Positions 17,463-27,300 of a DNA stretch of 64,000 bases are shown here, piece after piece. The translations under genes and the position numbers were made by a program. Where the stretch lies: NCBI GenBank assembly GCA_965223855.1, contig CBDCXM010000009.1:1-64000 (forward strand), written 5' to 3'. Source of the DNA: Candidatus Multivoradales bacterium. Lineage in GTDB: Bacteria; Acidobacteriota; Thermoanaerobaculia; Multivoradales; JAHEKO01. The notes under the pieces are model-generated. The model did no database searches and was not told where the DNA came from. It worked only from the letters and a program-made list of their open reading frames with translations. The first letter of the stretch is position 1. Every line of letters begins with the position of its first letter.

Positions 17463-17643
17463 TAGCCCGGACTTCTCACCAGCTTTGTGCTCCAAGTCCG
17501 TAGCTTGTTGGAGACACAAGGCTCTTCGTCCTGAGCACCGCAGGCGTAGCCGTAGCTACGTCGAGGAGCGCAAGGACGGAGAAACGAAGTAGATTCAACA
17601 AGATACGGGCTTGGAGTAGGGAGCTGGTGAGAAATCCGGGCTA
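17463..17643. repeat. 181-bp imperfect palindrome (MITE/ERIC-like element)
   Basis: Terminal inverted repeats 21/22 identical with TA ends; nested inner inverted repeats; lower GC than flanks. Confidence 0.75.
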
Positions 17644-17652
17644 TTGCCGCCC

Positions 17653-18426
17653 TCAGGCGTCGTAGTCGAAAGCGACGGCGGCGGCGCCGTCACCGACGGT
17701 GACGTTCTGTGTGCGGCTTCCGAGGCTCTCGTGCCAGGTCTCGACGACGTAGTCGCCGGCCGGCAGACCCTCGATGGTGAAAGAACCGTCCGCGCCGGTC
17801 ACGGCGAAGAACGGATGATCGAGCACACCCATGTAGGCCGACATCCACGGATGGACGTCGCACTTGAAGCGCACCATCACCTCGGCGTTGTCGAAGGTCT
17901 TCTCGAGTTCCATGTTCTGGAACGGCTGACCCTGATTGAACTCCGGGTTGTTCGTCGGCAGCGCGTGCACGTTGTGAAGCGTCGCGTCGCTGTTGCGGAT
18001 GACGACCTTCTGACCCGTCTGGACGCCCGACACGTGCGGCATGTAGGTGCAGCCCTGCTGGTCGAGAACCGCCGGTTCGGCCGGTGCGGAATAGCTGCCG
18101 GAGACGCCTTCCTTGACGTAGACGAAGACGTTGGCGAGGTTGCCGCCCTCGGCAACGATCGCCTGCGTGGAAACGCCCTCGCTGTGCATGCCGGCGCAAA
18201 CGGGATCGGCGTCCATGTTGATCGCGGCGTCGGTGTCCTCGCCGCTGTAGCTCACGAGGCCGGTGATGCTGCCGCTGCCGGAGGGGGCTGCAGCCGCCGG
18301 AGGCGCCGCGGCCTCCTGGGTCGGTGCCGGAGCCGAGGCTTCCTCACCGCCACCACCGCCGCCACAGGCGACGAGCAGGGCGATCGCGAACAGGCCGAGA
18401 ATCGGACGGAACGCTGTCATCTTCAT
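17653..18426 (-). CDS. Lipoprotein with cupredoxin-like type-1 copper motif and carboxypeptidase-regulatory-like domain
   Basis: Lipobox LVAC, Ala/Pro linker, HNVH...CDVHPWM, FAVTGADGSFTIEGLPAGDY. Confidence 0.8.
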   Translation of the reverse strand: MKMTAFRPILGLFAIALLVACGGGGGGEEASAPAPTQEAAAPPAAAAPSGSGSITGLVSYSGEDTDAAINMDADPVCAGMHSEGVSTQAIVAEGGNLANVFVYVKEGVSGSYSAPAEPAVLDQQGCTYMPHVSGVQTGQKVVIRNSDATLHNVHALPTNNPEFNQGQPFQNMELEKTFDNAEVMVRFKCDVHPWMSAYMGVLDHPFFAVTGADGSFTIEGLPAGDYVVETWHESLGSRTQNVTVGDGAAAVAFDYDA

Positions 18427-18529
18427 GATCGTTGAATCTCCTTGGGGTTCGTTACTGCTGCCGGGGCCGAACGGCCCCTGGTGAGAGCGGTGATTATAGG
18501 TCAGGCCGCCTGCGCGGCCGTGCGGGGCG

Positions 18530-21451
18530 CTACTCGAGGCCCCACCAGATGTGGTCGCGCAGTGCGGTCGTCACCTTGTCGGCGTCGGCGAGGTAGGCCT
18601 TGAGATCCTCCTCGCTGTCGAAGACGCTCATCATGCGCGCCTTCTGCGTCGAGAACATCGGAGCGTCGATCGCCATCGCCATCGGAGACGAGAAGGTGCC
18701 GTCGTCCGCCTTGGCGAAGTTCTGCGGCATGTTGGTGCCGGGAATCCACTTCTGCGGATCCTTGATCCAGTCGGCGACCCAGTCGTGGCGCAACCGGTCC
18801 TTCGACAGCAGGAGCGACGGTGCGAGCTCTCCGGCACTCACTCCCTCGGCGGAGGCGCCCGCAGGATGGCACTTGGCGCACTGCAGCATGCCGAAGGTCA
18901 CCTCGCCGACGACGAGACTCTGCCGATCGGTCGGCGGGGTCGGCTCCGACGTGAAGGTGTCGCGGTCGTCGCGCGCCGCGAAGTAGGCCAGCAGTGTGTT
19001 GATCTGGTCGTCGTCGAACTCGAAGCTCGGCATGCGAGCCGGCAGCCACGGGCGGGTCTCGACGATGCTCGGGTCGTGGAGGAACGAGAACAGCCAGTCG
19101 GCCTGCGTGCGAGCGCCCTGTGAAGCGAGGTTCGGCGGCAACAGCCCCTGGTCCTCGAGCGCCGAAGCGATCGCGTGCCCCTTGCCCTCGACGAGGTGGC
19201 ACCCCTGGCAGTTGTACCAGGTGACGAGCTTCCTCCCCTCGGCGATCGCAGCGGCGCGCGCCGACTGCCCGGCCTTGCGCTCGTCGAGCACGGAAGCCTT
19301 GGTGAAGCCGAGGACGTTGGTCGTCACCGCCTCGGCTTCCCGATCCGACATGCCGAAGTTCGGCATCTTGTAGAGCTCGCCGTAGTTCTTGACCTCTTCT
19401 TTACCCTCGTCCCAGATCCGCGGCCGCATCAGCTTGGTCTTGATCCAGTCGTGACGCGTGTGCGGCACGTCGTGGACGTGGCCGAAGTCGAACTGGTGGA
19501 CCGGCTTCGAGCCCTCCTCGGTCAGCTCGACGCCGATCGGCTTGGCGTCCTCGAAGCCGGCGAGGTCGTGGCAGCCGTAGCAGCCGTACTTCTGCACCGT
19601 CTGCTCGCCGAGATAGACGTCGCGCTCCTCGTCGCTCATCCCGCCGAGGATCGCCTCGCTCTGTTCCCAGGTGTTGTTCGAGCGCAGGTACTCGAGGGCG
19701 AGGTCGTCGCGCACCGAACTGTCGACCGCCGGCAGCTCGGGGTTCTCGAACGCCGCGTTGCGCTCGCTCATCAGATAGGCGGTGATGTCCGCTGCCTCGC
19801 CGTCGGTGAGGCGCAGGTTGGGCATCCGCGTGTTCGGGTTGTGCTGCTTGGGGTTCTTGAGCCAGGCGTAGAGCCAACCGGAATCCACCTTGCTGCCGGT
19901 GCCGACGAGATTCGGTCCGTTGAGGCGGTTGATGGTCGGGAAATAGTCGTCGCGCGTCCCTTCGGCGTCGACGACGTGGCAACCGGTACAGCCGACCTCG
20001 TTGAAGAGCGTCTCGCCGTTGGCCGCATTGCCGGCCGGTGCATCAGGATAGGTGGCCGTCTCCGACTTGTCCCACAGATAGGCGACGAGACTCGCGATCT
20101 CCGCCTTCTGCCTCTCCTGGGTCGCCGGGAGATGGGCGTTCTCTTCGAAGAAGAAGTGCGGCATGAAGGTCGTCGGATGGAAGTCGCGTGGCGCCTCGAT
20201 CCACTTGTAGGCCCACTCGCGGTTGGTCTTGGCAGCGACCCGCTCGAGCGAGGGGCCCGGGCGCGGCAGATCGGTGAAGGCCGGGTAGTTGATCACGTGG
20301 CAGCCGTAGCAACCCATCCGGGTGATCAGCTCACGACCGGTGTCGGCGACGAGCGAGCCGGGAGTCCACACGTCCGCGGCGTGGCAGGTGACGCACCCGG
20401 CCTCGGAATAGTTGTTCGGCAGGATCGGGGTGTCGAGGTACTTCTGCTTCTCCCAACCCCACTGCTTCTCCCACTCTTTCTTCTCTTCCTCGCTCTTGGG
20501 GCTATGCCCGACTCGGGCGAAGTCGGTGGCGCGGTCGAGGCCGGAGTGGCAACTGCTGCAGCCGAAGGTCGTGTACGGGTGAGGCGAGCTCGGCATGACG
20601 AACATGTCGGGCCGGGGATGGGTGCGGAACGGCACCTCCCAGCTCTCGTCGTCGAAGCCGAGCCGGTTCGAGGCGACGTGGCAGGTCACGCAGCGATCCA
20701 CACGATCGACGTTGGTGAAGTTGATGTTCTGGTAGAGCCCGGACACCATCACCTGCTCGACCTTGATCTCCGGCTCGATGAAATCGGTCAGCGGCGCGTT
20801 GAGGACGAAGTAGTCGAGCTTCTTGTCGAGGTTCGCCATCCGCTGCTCGAGGGAGAGGATGCTCCCCTTGAGCTCCTCGATCCGGTCCTCGGCGGTCTCG
20901 ACCGCCTCGCGCTGCCCCGCGATCTGCGCCTCGATCTCGTTGCGCTGCTCGGTCAGGAGCTCGACCTGCTGCAGCTCACCGATCCAGCGCTCGGTCAGCT
21001 CGTCGACCTCGGCCTTGCGCTCCTCGATGTTGCGCTGCCTCTGGAGAGCGTCGTCGTACTCGTACTTCGCCGTGTCGAGCAGCGACTTGGTGCCGCGCGC
21101 CTGGGCGTCGACGGCGTAGATCTTCTTGCCGAGTTGCAGAGACTCGTCTTCCAGAGCCTCGATCTCGGACCGCCGGCCGTCGAGTGCCGCCGTCGACTCG
21201 GCGAGCTCCGCTTCGAGCGCACCGAGATCCTGCGCATTGATCGCCTGGCGCTCCGTCTCCAACTCCTCGGCAACGGCGGCGCGTTCGAGCTCGCGGAACT
21301 GCGACTGCAGCTGCTTCCACGGCTTCGCGTAGTCGGCGAACACCATCCACATGGTCACCGCCAACAGCACGATCGAGCTGACGGCGAACCAGATGTTCGT
21401 CCGTCGGAAGTTGTAGTGGCGATCGGGTCGCTTGTGCGGAGGTACGGCCAT
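18530..21451 (-). CDS. Membrane-anchored octaheme c-type cytochrome with long coiled coil
   Basis: Eight CxxCH (CVTCH, CSSCH, CVTCH, CYGCH, CTGCH, CYGCH, CQGCH, CAKCH); N-terminal TM and Glu-rich heptad region. Confidence 0.92.
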   Translation of the reverse strand: MAVPPHKRPDRHYNFRRTNIWFAVSSIVLLAVTMWMVFADYAKPWKQLQSQFRELERAAVAEELETERQAINAQDLGALEAELAESTAALDGRRSEIEALEDESLQLGKKIYAVDAQARGTKSLLDTAKYEYDDALQRQRNIEERKAEVDELTERWIGELQQVELLTEQRNEIEAQIAGQREAVETAEDRIEELKGSILSLEQRMANLDKKLDYFVLNAPLTDFIEPEIKVEQVMVSGLYQNINFTNVDRVDRCVTCHVASNRLGFDDESWEVPFRTHPRPDMFVMPSSPHPYTTFGCSSCHSGLDRATDFARVGHSPKSEEEKKEWEKQWGWEKQKYLDTPILPNNYSEAGCVTCHAADVWTPGSLVADTGRELITRMGCYGCHVINYPAFTDLPRPGPSLERVAAKTNREWAYKWIEAPRDFHPTTFMPHFFFEENAHLPATQERQKAEIASLVAYLWDKSETATYPDAPAGNAANGETLFNEVGCTGCHVVDAEGTRDDYFPTINRLNGPNLVGTGSKVDSGWLYAWLKNPKQHNPNTRMPNLRLTDGEAADITAYLMSERNAAFENPELPAVDSSVRDDLALEYLRSNNTWEQSEAILGGMSDEERDVYLGEQTVQKYGCYGCHDLAGFEDAKPIGVELTEEGSKPVHQFDFGHVHDVPHTRHDWIKTKLMRPRIWDEGKEEVKNYGELYKMPNFGMSDREAEAVTTNVLGFTKASVLDERKAGQSARAAAIAEGRKLVTWYNCQGCHLVEGKGHAIASALEDQGLLPPNLASQGARTQADWLFSFLHDPSIVETRPWLPARMPSFEFDDDQINTLLAYFAARDDRDTFTSEPTPPTDRQSLVVGEVTFGMLQCAKCHPAGASAEGVSAGELAPSLLLSKDRLRHDWVADWIKDPQKWIPGTNMPQNFAKADDGTFSSPMAMAIDAPMFSTQKARMMSVFDSEEDLKAYLADADKVTTALRDHIWWGLE

Positions 21452-21476
21452 CTCTCTCCCCTGGGAGCTCAGGCGG

Positions 21477-22559
21477 TCAGACGTTGAGGAAGAACTCCTG
21501 AATGTGCACCAGATACTTCAGGTTGAACGCCCAGCGCAGGTACATCTTGATCGGCAGCAGCATCATCGTCAGGATCAGACTGACCCCGACCCAGTAGCGC
21601 GCCGGCCCCATGTCGTCGTAGTAGCGCTTGAAGAACTTCATCTTCGCCATCCCCATCGGCAGGGCGACGAAATAGAGCAGCAGGAGGATGATTCCCGGCA
21701 GCTCGCGGATGAGCCAGAACGAAGGCAGCCCGATGCCGAGCGCCTTGATGAAGATGTACTCCGAGAGGTCGACGTTGACGAGTGGTTCGACCTTGTTGAC
21801 GTCCCAGTACTCGTAGAGCCCGAAGAAGTTCCAGTTCGGGCCACGCATGAAGGTGCCGATCACGATCAGGTAGCACCACAGCACGAGAAAGCCGTACATG
21901 AAGAGCACGATCTCGGTGCGGCGCTCCTTGAAGGTGTAGTAGCCGTTCCCCTTGGTGTTGGTGTCGATGTAGGGGATGGCGCACAGGCCGACGATGATGA
22001 GGCTCGGCAGCACGACGCCCGCCATCCACGGATCGAAGTAGACGAGCATCTCCTGGAGGCCCAGGAAGTACCATGGCGCCTTCGACGGATTGGGTGCCAC
22101 CGCCGTGTTCGCCGGCTCCTCGAGCGGCGCCTGAAGCACGATCGACCAAACCGTGAGGCCGACCGTCAGGAGCACCATGCAGATGAACTCGCTGAAGACG
22201 AGGTCGGGCCAGGTGAAGATCTTGTCGTTCGCCTCGGTCTTCTCGAACGTCGGCTCGCCGTTGGCCATGAGCTCGTCGTTCTCGTACGCCTTCTTCATCG
22301 ACAGCCACAGGAAGAAGCCGACGAAATAGACCATCATCACGATGGGGATGTTGTCGGGCTTGGCGACGACCAGCCGGAAGTTGTCGTCGAGCATGCTGAC
22401 GCCGAAATAGACGGTCGTCAGGATGAGCATCGCGAGGCCGCCGGCGTTGGTCCACAGTCGACGCCAGAAGAGCATCGCGATCGACGCCACCGTGACGATC
22501 GTGAACGACCACTTCGGGTCGGAAAAGTAGTTGATCAGGTCCTTGAGGGCGTCAGCCAA
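21477..22559 (-). CDS. Cytochrome b6 subunit IV-like protein with extra TMs
   Basis: [29 protein letters not shown] (PEWY-equivalent); TTG start with GGAGG RBS. Confidence 0.85.
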   Translation of the reverse strand: MADALKDLINYFSDPKWSFTIVTVASIAMLFWRRLWTNAGGLAMLILTTVYFGVSMLDDNFRLVVAKPDNIPIVMMVYFVGFFLWLSMKKAYENDELMANGEPTFEKTEANDKIFTWPDLVFSEFICMVLLTVGLTVWSIVLQAPLEEPANTAVAPNPSKAPWYFLGLQEMLVYFDPWMAGVVLPSLIIVGLCAIPYIDTNTKGNGYYTFKERRTEIVLFMYGFLVLWCYLIVIGTFMRGPNWNFFGLYEYWDVNKVEPLVNVDLSEYIFIKALGIGLPSFWLIRELPGIILLLLYFVALPMGMAKMKFFKRYYDDMGPARYWVGVSLILTMMLLPIKMYLRWAFNLKYLVHIQEFFLNV

Positions 22560-22580
22560 GCTTCACCTCCCGAACGGGCG

Positions 22581-23360
22581 TCAAACCGGACCCGAGATCC
22601 CGCCGTCCCGACGCACGCGCCAGAAGTGCACGGCGATGAGGAAGGCGACGACGAACGGCAGCGCGACGCAATGGAGCACGTAGAAGCGGATCAACGTACC
22701 GCCGCCGATCGTGCGGCCGGCGATCAAGCCGAATCTGGCGTCGCTGCCGACATGAACCAGTTTCGTCCCTCCCAACTCGAGAAAGGCGGCACCCGGGCCT
22801 TCGTGCCCCAGGAGCGGTGTCGCTCTCGCCATGTTGGAGCCGACGGTGATCGCCCAGATCGCGAGCTGATCCCACGGCAGCAGGTAGCCGGTGAACGAGA
22901 GCAGGAGCGTCAGCACCAGCAGGATGACGCCGACGTTCCAGTTGAACTCGCGCGGCGGCTTGTAGGAACCGGTCATGAAGACGCGGAACATGTGGAGCCA
23001 CACCGCGATCACCATCGCGTGCGCGCCCCAGCGGTGCATCTCGCGCATGATGCCGAAGGCGGCGACCTCGCGCAGATCGACCATGTCGAAGTAGGCGTAC
23101 TCGACCGTCGGCCGGTAATAGAACATCAGCAGCAGGCCGGTGATCGTCTCGACGAGAAAGAGGAAGAAGGCGGTGCCGCCCATGCACCAGGTGTAGCTCA
23201 TCCTCAGGCCCGACTTCTTGACCTTGATCGGGTGCAGATGGAGCACCACGTTGCCGAGCATCGCCATCGCCCGCTTGCGATTGTCGGTCGGGATGCCGAC
23301 CCGGAAGATCGACTTCCAGACCTGAGACTTGACGATGGCGTTCTGAAGGTCTTTGAGCAT
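22581..23360 (-). CDS. Cytochrome b6-type (N-terminal cytochrome b domain)
   Basis: WCMGG (heme ci Cys), four His ligands, [10 protein letters not shown]-terminal GISGPV. Confidence 0.93.
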   Translation of the reverse strand: MLKDLQNAIVKSQVWKSIFRVGIPTDNRKRAMAMLGNVVLHLHPIKVKKSGLRMSYTWCMGGTAFFLFLVETITGLLLMFYYRPTVEYAYFDMVDLREVAAFGIMREMHRWGAHAMVIAVWLHMFRVFMTGSYKPPREFNWNVGVILLVLTLLLSFTGYLLPWDQLAIWAITVGSNMARATPLLGHEGPGAAFLELGGTKLVHVGSDARFGLIAGRTIGGGTLIRFYVLHCVALPFVVAFLIAVHFWRVRRDGGISGPV

Positions 23361-23463
23361 CAGTGCTGGACTCCCTTACCTTGCCTCTCCCGCGCCTCTC
23401 TTGCCGCTCTCGCGCCCGATCCTCCCGGCCGCAGCCTGAGCCCGAGACGCTTCCAGATGCCGC

Positions 23464-24090
23464 TCACCCCACCTCGATGAACGAGTTGGGGTCGTCCCAC
23501 TGCCCCTGCTCCCAGAGATACTTCTGCGCCTTGTCGACCACGATCTGCCCGTCGCTCGGGTCGATCGTGATGCGGGCGCGCTCCAGCGGACGCGGGGTCG
23601 GACCTTCGAAGTTGATGCCGTCCTTGTAGTAGCCGCTGCCGTGACACGGGCACTTGAACTTGTTCTGCGCCTCGAGCCAGGCGGGCGGACAGCCCAGGTG
23701 CGTGCAGATCGCGATCAGCGAGTAGAGCTGACCGTCGTGGTTGACGATCCACACGCCGTTGGTCTCCTTGAAGCGCTCGTCGACCACTCCTTCCGGGAAG
23801 TCGTCCGGCCGGCCGACCTTGAAACTCGTCGGCGGCTCGTAGAGCACGTTGGGGAACATGAATCGGCCCCAGGCGGTCACGCACCCGCCGATGGCGGCGG
23901 TGAAGCCCACCCAGGCGACCGCCGCCCAGGAGAAGAATCCACGGCGGGATACTTCCTCATCGGCCTTCGCCGGCTTCACGGGAGCTGCCTTGGCAGCCGC
24001 CGGTGCCGGCTTGGCCTCGGCAGGAGCGGTCTCGGACTCGGCCCCGGCCGCTTCCGCGGACGGAGTCTCTTGGCTTGTCTCGTCAGTCAT
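23464..24090 (-). CDS. Rieske 2Fe-2S subunit of a Rieske/cytochrome b complex
   Basis: Tat motif SRRGFF, CTHLGC, CPCHGSGY. Confidence 0.93.
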   Translation of the reverse strand: MTDETSQETPSAEAAGAESETAPAEAKPAPAAAKAAPVKPAKADEEVSRRGFFSWAAVAWVGFTAAIGGCVTAWGRFMFPNVLYEPPTSFKVGRPDDFPEGVVDERFKETNGVWIVNHDGQLYSLIAICTHLGCPPAWLEAQNKFKCPCHGSGYYKDGINFEGPTPRPLERARITIDPSDGQIVVDKAQKYLWEQGQWDDPNSFIEVG

Positions 24091-24329
24091 ACGAGCGGTA
24101 ACGAACTTGTGAAACGACCCGCCATTTCTAGTGGAGCCCGGCGAGGGTGTCAAGTCCGGCACGCCCCCCGGCTCACCCCCGCCATGCGGCAGCTATACTT
24201 ATCGACTCCTATCGAAGAACCAGGCGTCGGTCAGCGCTTCCGCGGGCCGGCGCATCCGGCGGAGAGGCACCCTGTGACGGGACCGCCGGCGCCCTCTCTC
24301 CACCTCGTCGGGGAACCCAGGAGGCCCTC

Positions 24330-27300
24330 ATGGACGGCAGGTTGACGCTCGCAGTGCTACTGGTGATCTCGCTCCTGGCGGGTGCCCTGGTGTGGACGCA
24401 GATGCGCGAGGCCGACCCGGAGAAGGGGGCGCGGCTGTTCAAGACCGCCTTCACCAAGGAGCGGGTCGACCGGATCCTTGAGCATCCGCCTCTCGACACG
24501 CAGGTCGGTCGCGACGAGGTTCGCAAGGGCCTCGCATGGGACTACCTCTTCATCCCGTTCTACGCCTTCTTCCTGTGGACGACGATCAAGCTGGCAACCG
24601 CGGGCTCGACCGTGACGCCGGTGTTCCTCTCCCGCTGGGCGGCCGTCATCCCCCTCGTGGCGGCAACTCTCGACGCGATCGAGAACCGGGGAATCCTGGC
24701 GATCCTGAGGAAGCACGAGGGAGCGCTCGCGAGAGAGCCGGGCGCCGCCATCGTGGAGGAGCATGCGGCGTGGTGGCTGCCCGCGCTGGTGTCGGCGTGC
24801 GCCCTGCTGACGATCGCACTGGCGGTGGGGACTCTGCTCTACATCCTGATCTCCCGCGTGCGGGCGAGGTTCGCGCGACCGAAGGCGTCCCGCCGGCGGG
24901 ACCGCGACGAGCTGCTCGATTTCGATCGGGTGCTCGCCGCCGAGCATGCCGCGCTCGACGTCGACGAGCGACACAACCGCGTCGTCGGTCTGGCGATGTC
25001 GGGTGGCGGCATTCGCAGCGCCACGTTCAACCTCGGCATCCTCCAGGCATTCGCCCGGCTGGGACTTCTGACGCGCCTCGACTACCTCTCCTCGGTCTCG
25101 GGCGGCGGCTACATCGCCTCGTGGCTCAGCCAGTGGCTGCGGCGAGAGCAGAAAGGCGGCTCCACGACGGAGCCGATCGAGAAGGTCGAGGAGCAGCTCG
25201 CCCGCGAGCCCGACCAGCTGAAGCCCGAGCCCGATCCGGTGCTCCACCTGCGCAACTACTCCAACTACCTGACGCCTCGCCTCGGTGTGCTCTCCGCCGA
25301 CACCTGGACGACGGTCGCCACGTACGTGCGCAATTTCCTGCTCAACCTGGTGATCATCGTCGCACTGACCGGTCTGGTGCTGCTGGTTCCGCGCGCCGTC
25401 GTCGACTGGCTGCGGTTCCTGAAGGACGAGGTGTTCCCGGGGACGCCGTTCTCCCATTTCGGCGTGCTCACCGACGCCGGGATCAGTGAGGTGTGGGCGG
25501 CGCTGGCCGCGGTGCTCCTCGCGGGGCTGGCGATCCTCGGGATCGGCATCTCTCTGGCGGGCGCCGTCACGCGGGAGGCCGACCCCGAAGACGGACTGAC
25601 CTCCCAGGGATCGGTGCAGCGGCTGGTGATCCTGCCGCTGATCGTCTCGTCGATCTTCGGCGGCTACTGGCTGGCGCGTATCGATACGGACGGCTCGGCG
25701 CTCCTGTGGATCGGCCTGACGGCGGTCCTCTACGTCGCGAGCTGGCTGCTCTCGGTGGCGGTCGCGGTGCTGGTCTCGAACGAGCGCAACCTGCGACCGT
25801 TCGTCGAGCTCGGCGGCCGCATGACCCTGTGGGCGATTCCGGTCGGCCTCGTCGGCGGCGCCCTGCTGATGGGGGTCAACCGGTGGGTGGCGCAGCAGCT
25901 CGACGGCCCGCCGCTCAACGGCCCGCCCGGCTACCTGTGGAGCGACTGGCAGGTGGTCGCCTTCTGCCCGCCGCTGCTCCTGAGCCTCTTCACGCTGATC
26001 GCTGTCCTCCACATCGGCCTCGCCGGCCGTGGGCTCGACGACTACCTGCGCGAGTGGCTGGCGCGGGCCGGCGCCTGGATCACGATCTACAGTCTCGGCT
26101 GGCTGGCACTCACCGGCCTCGCCTTCTACGGCCCGGTCGTCGTCGCCACCCTGGCCCCTTGGGCGAAAGGTGCCCTCGCATCCGGCTGGCTCGGCGCTTC
26201 CGCCGCCGGCGCCGTGGCCGGCAACGCTCAGCAGCAGGGCTCGACCAAGCCGTGGCACGGGTTCGCCGCGAAGTTCGCGCCGTGGATCTTCATCGTCGGC
26301 CTGATCGTCGCCGTGAGCTGGGGCTTCGACCTCTTCCTCTCGCGCCAGCACAAGGAGCTCTGGCAGAAGTTCACGACCGTCGCGGAGGAGGAGACCGCGG
26401 AGCTCGACAGCGACTCCGAAGCCGCCTACGGAGCCACCCGCCCCACCGTCGCCAGCCTGATCGAGCTCCACGACGAGCTGCTCGACGGTCAGATCGACCG
26501 CGGGGAGTTCTGGTGGTGGATCCTCGGGCTCGCCGCCGCGGCGTGCCTGTTCTCGGCGCGGGTGGCGATCAACGAGTTCTCGATGCACCAGTACTACCGC
26601 AACCGCCTCGTGCGCGCCTACCTCGGCGCCTCGAACCGGCGGCGGCAGTCGAATCCGTTCACCGGCTTCGACCCTGAGGACGACACGGATCTCGGGCTGG
26701 CGGATCCGCCGAGGCCGTTCCACCTCGTCAATGCGACCCTCAACCTCGTGCACGGCGAGCGGCTCGGGTGGCAGGAACGCAAAGCGGCCTCGTTCACCTT
26801 CAGTCCTCTCCACAGCGGCTACGAGCTCGCGGCCGACGAGGACCAGACGACGCCCCAGAGCGCCTACCGCGGCACCGACACCGCCAGAGGGCTGACCGTC
26901 GGAACGGCGATGGCGATCTCGGGCGCCGCCGCCAGCCCGAACATGGGGTACCGCTCGACTCCGGCGTTGACGCTCCTGCTGACGGTCTTCAACGTTCGGC
27001 TCGGCTGGTGGCTCGGCAACCCGCGCTACCGCAAGGCGTGGCAACGCGGAGGCCCGGTCTTCGCCCTGAGGCCGCTGGTGTCCGAACTCTTCGGGCTCAC
27101 CTCGGACCGCGCGCGCGACATCTACCTTTCGGACGGCGGCCATTTCGAGAATCTCGGGATCTACGAGCTCGTCCGTCGCCGCTGCCGCTTCATCATCTCC
27201 ACCGACGCCGGAGCCGACCCCGACCTCGTTTTCACCGACCTCGCCAACGCGATCCGGAAGTGCCGCACCGACTTCGGTGTCGAGATCGAGATCGACGTCG

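Noticed and set aside
17463-17643. Palindrome as tRNA, SRP or 6S RNA
   Set aside because: No cloverleaf or SRP loop motif; near-perfect TA-ended terminal repeats fit a MITE-like repeat better, though an Rfam scan was not run
24107-24124. TTGTGAA upstream of the Rieske gene as a second Rex site
   Set aside because: Only a half-site; the right arm does not match
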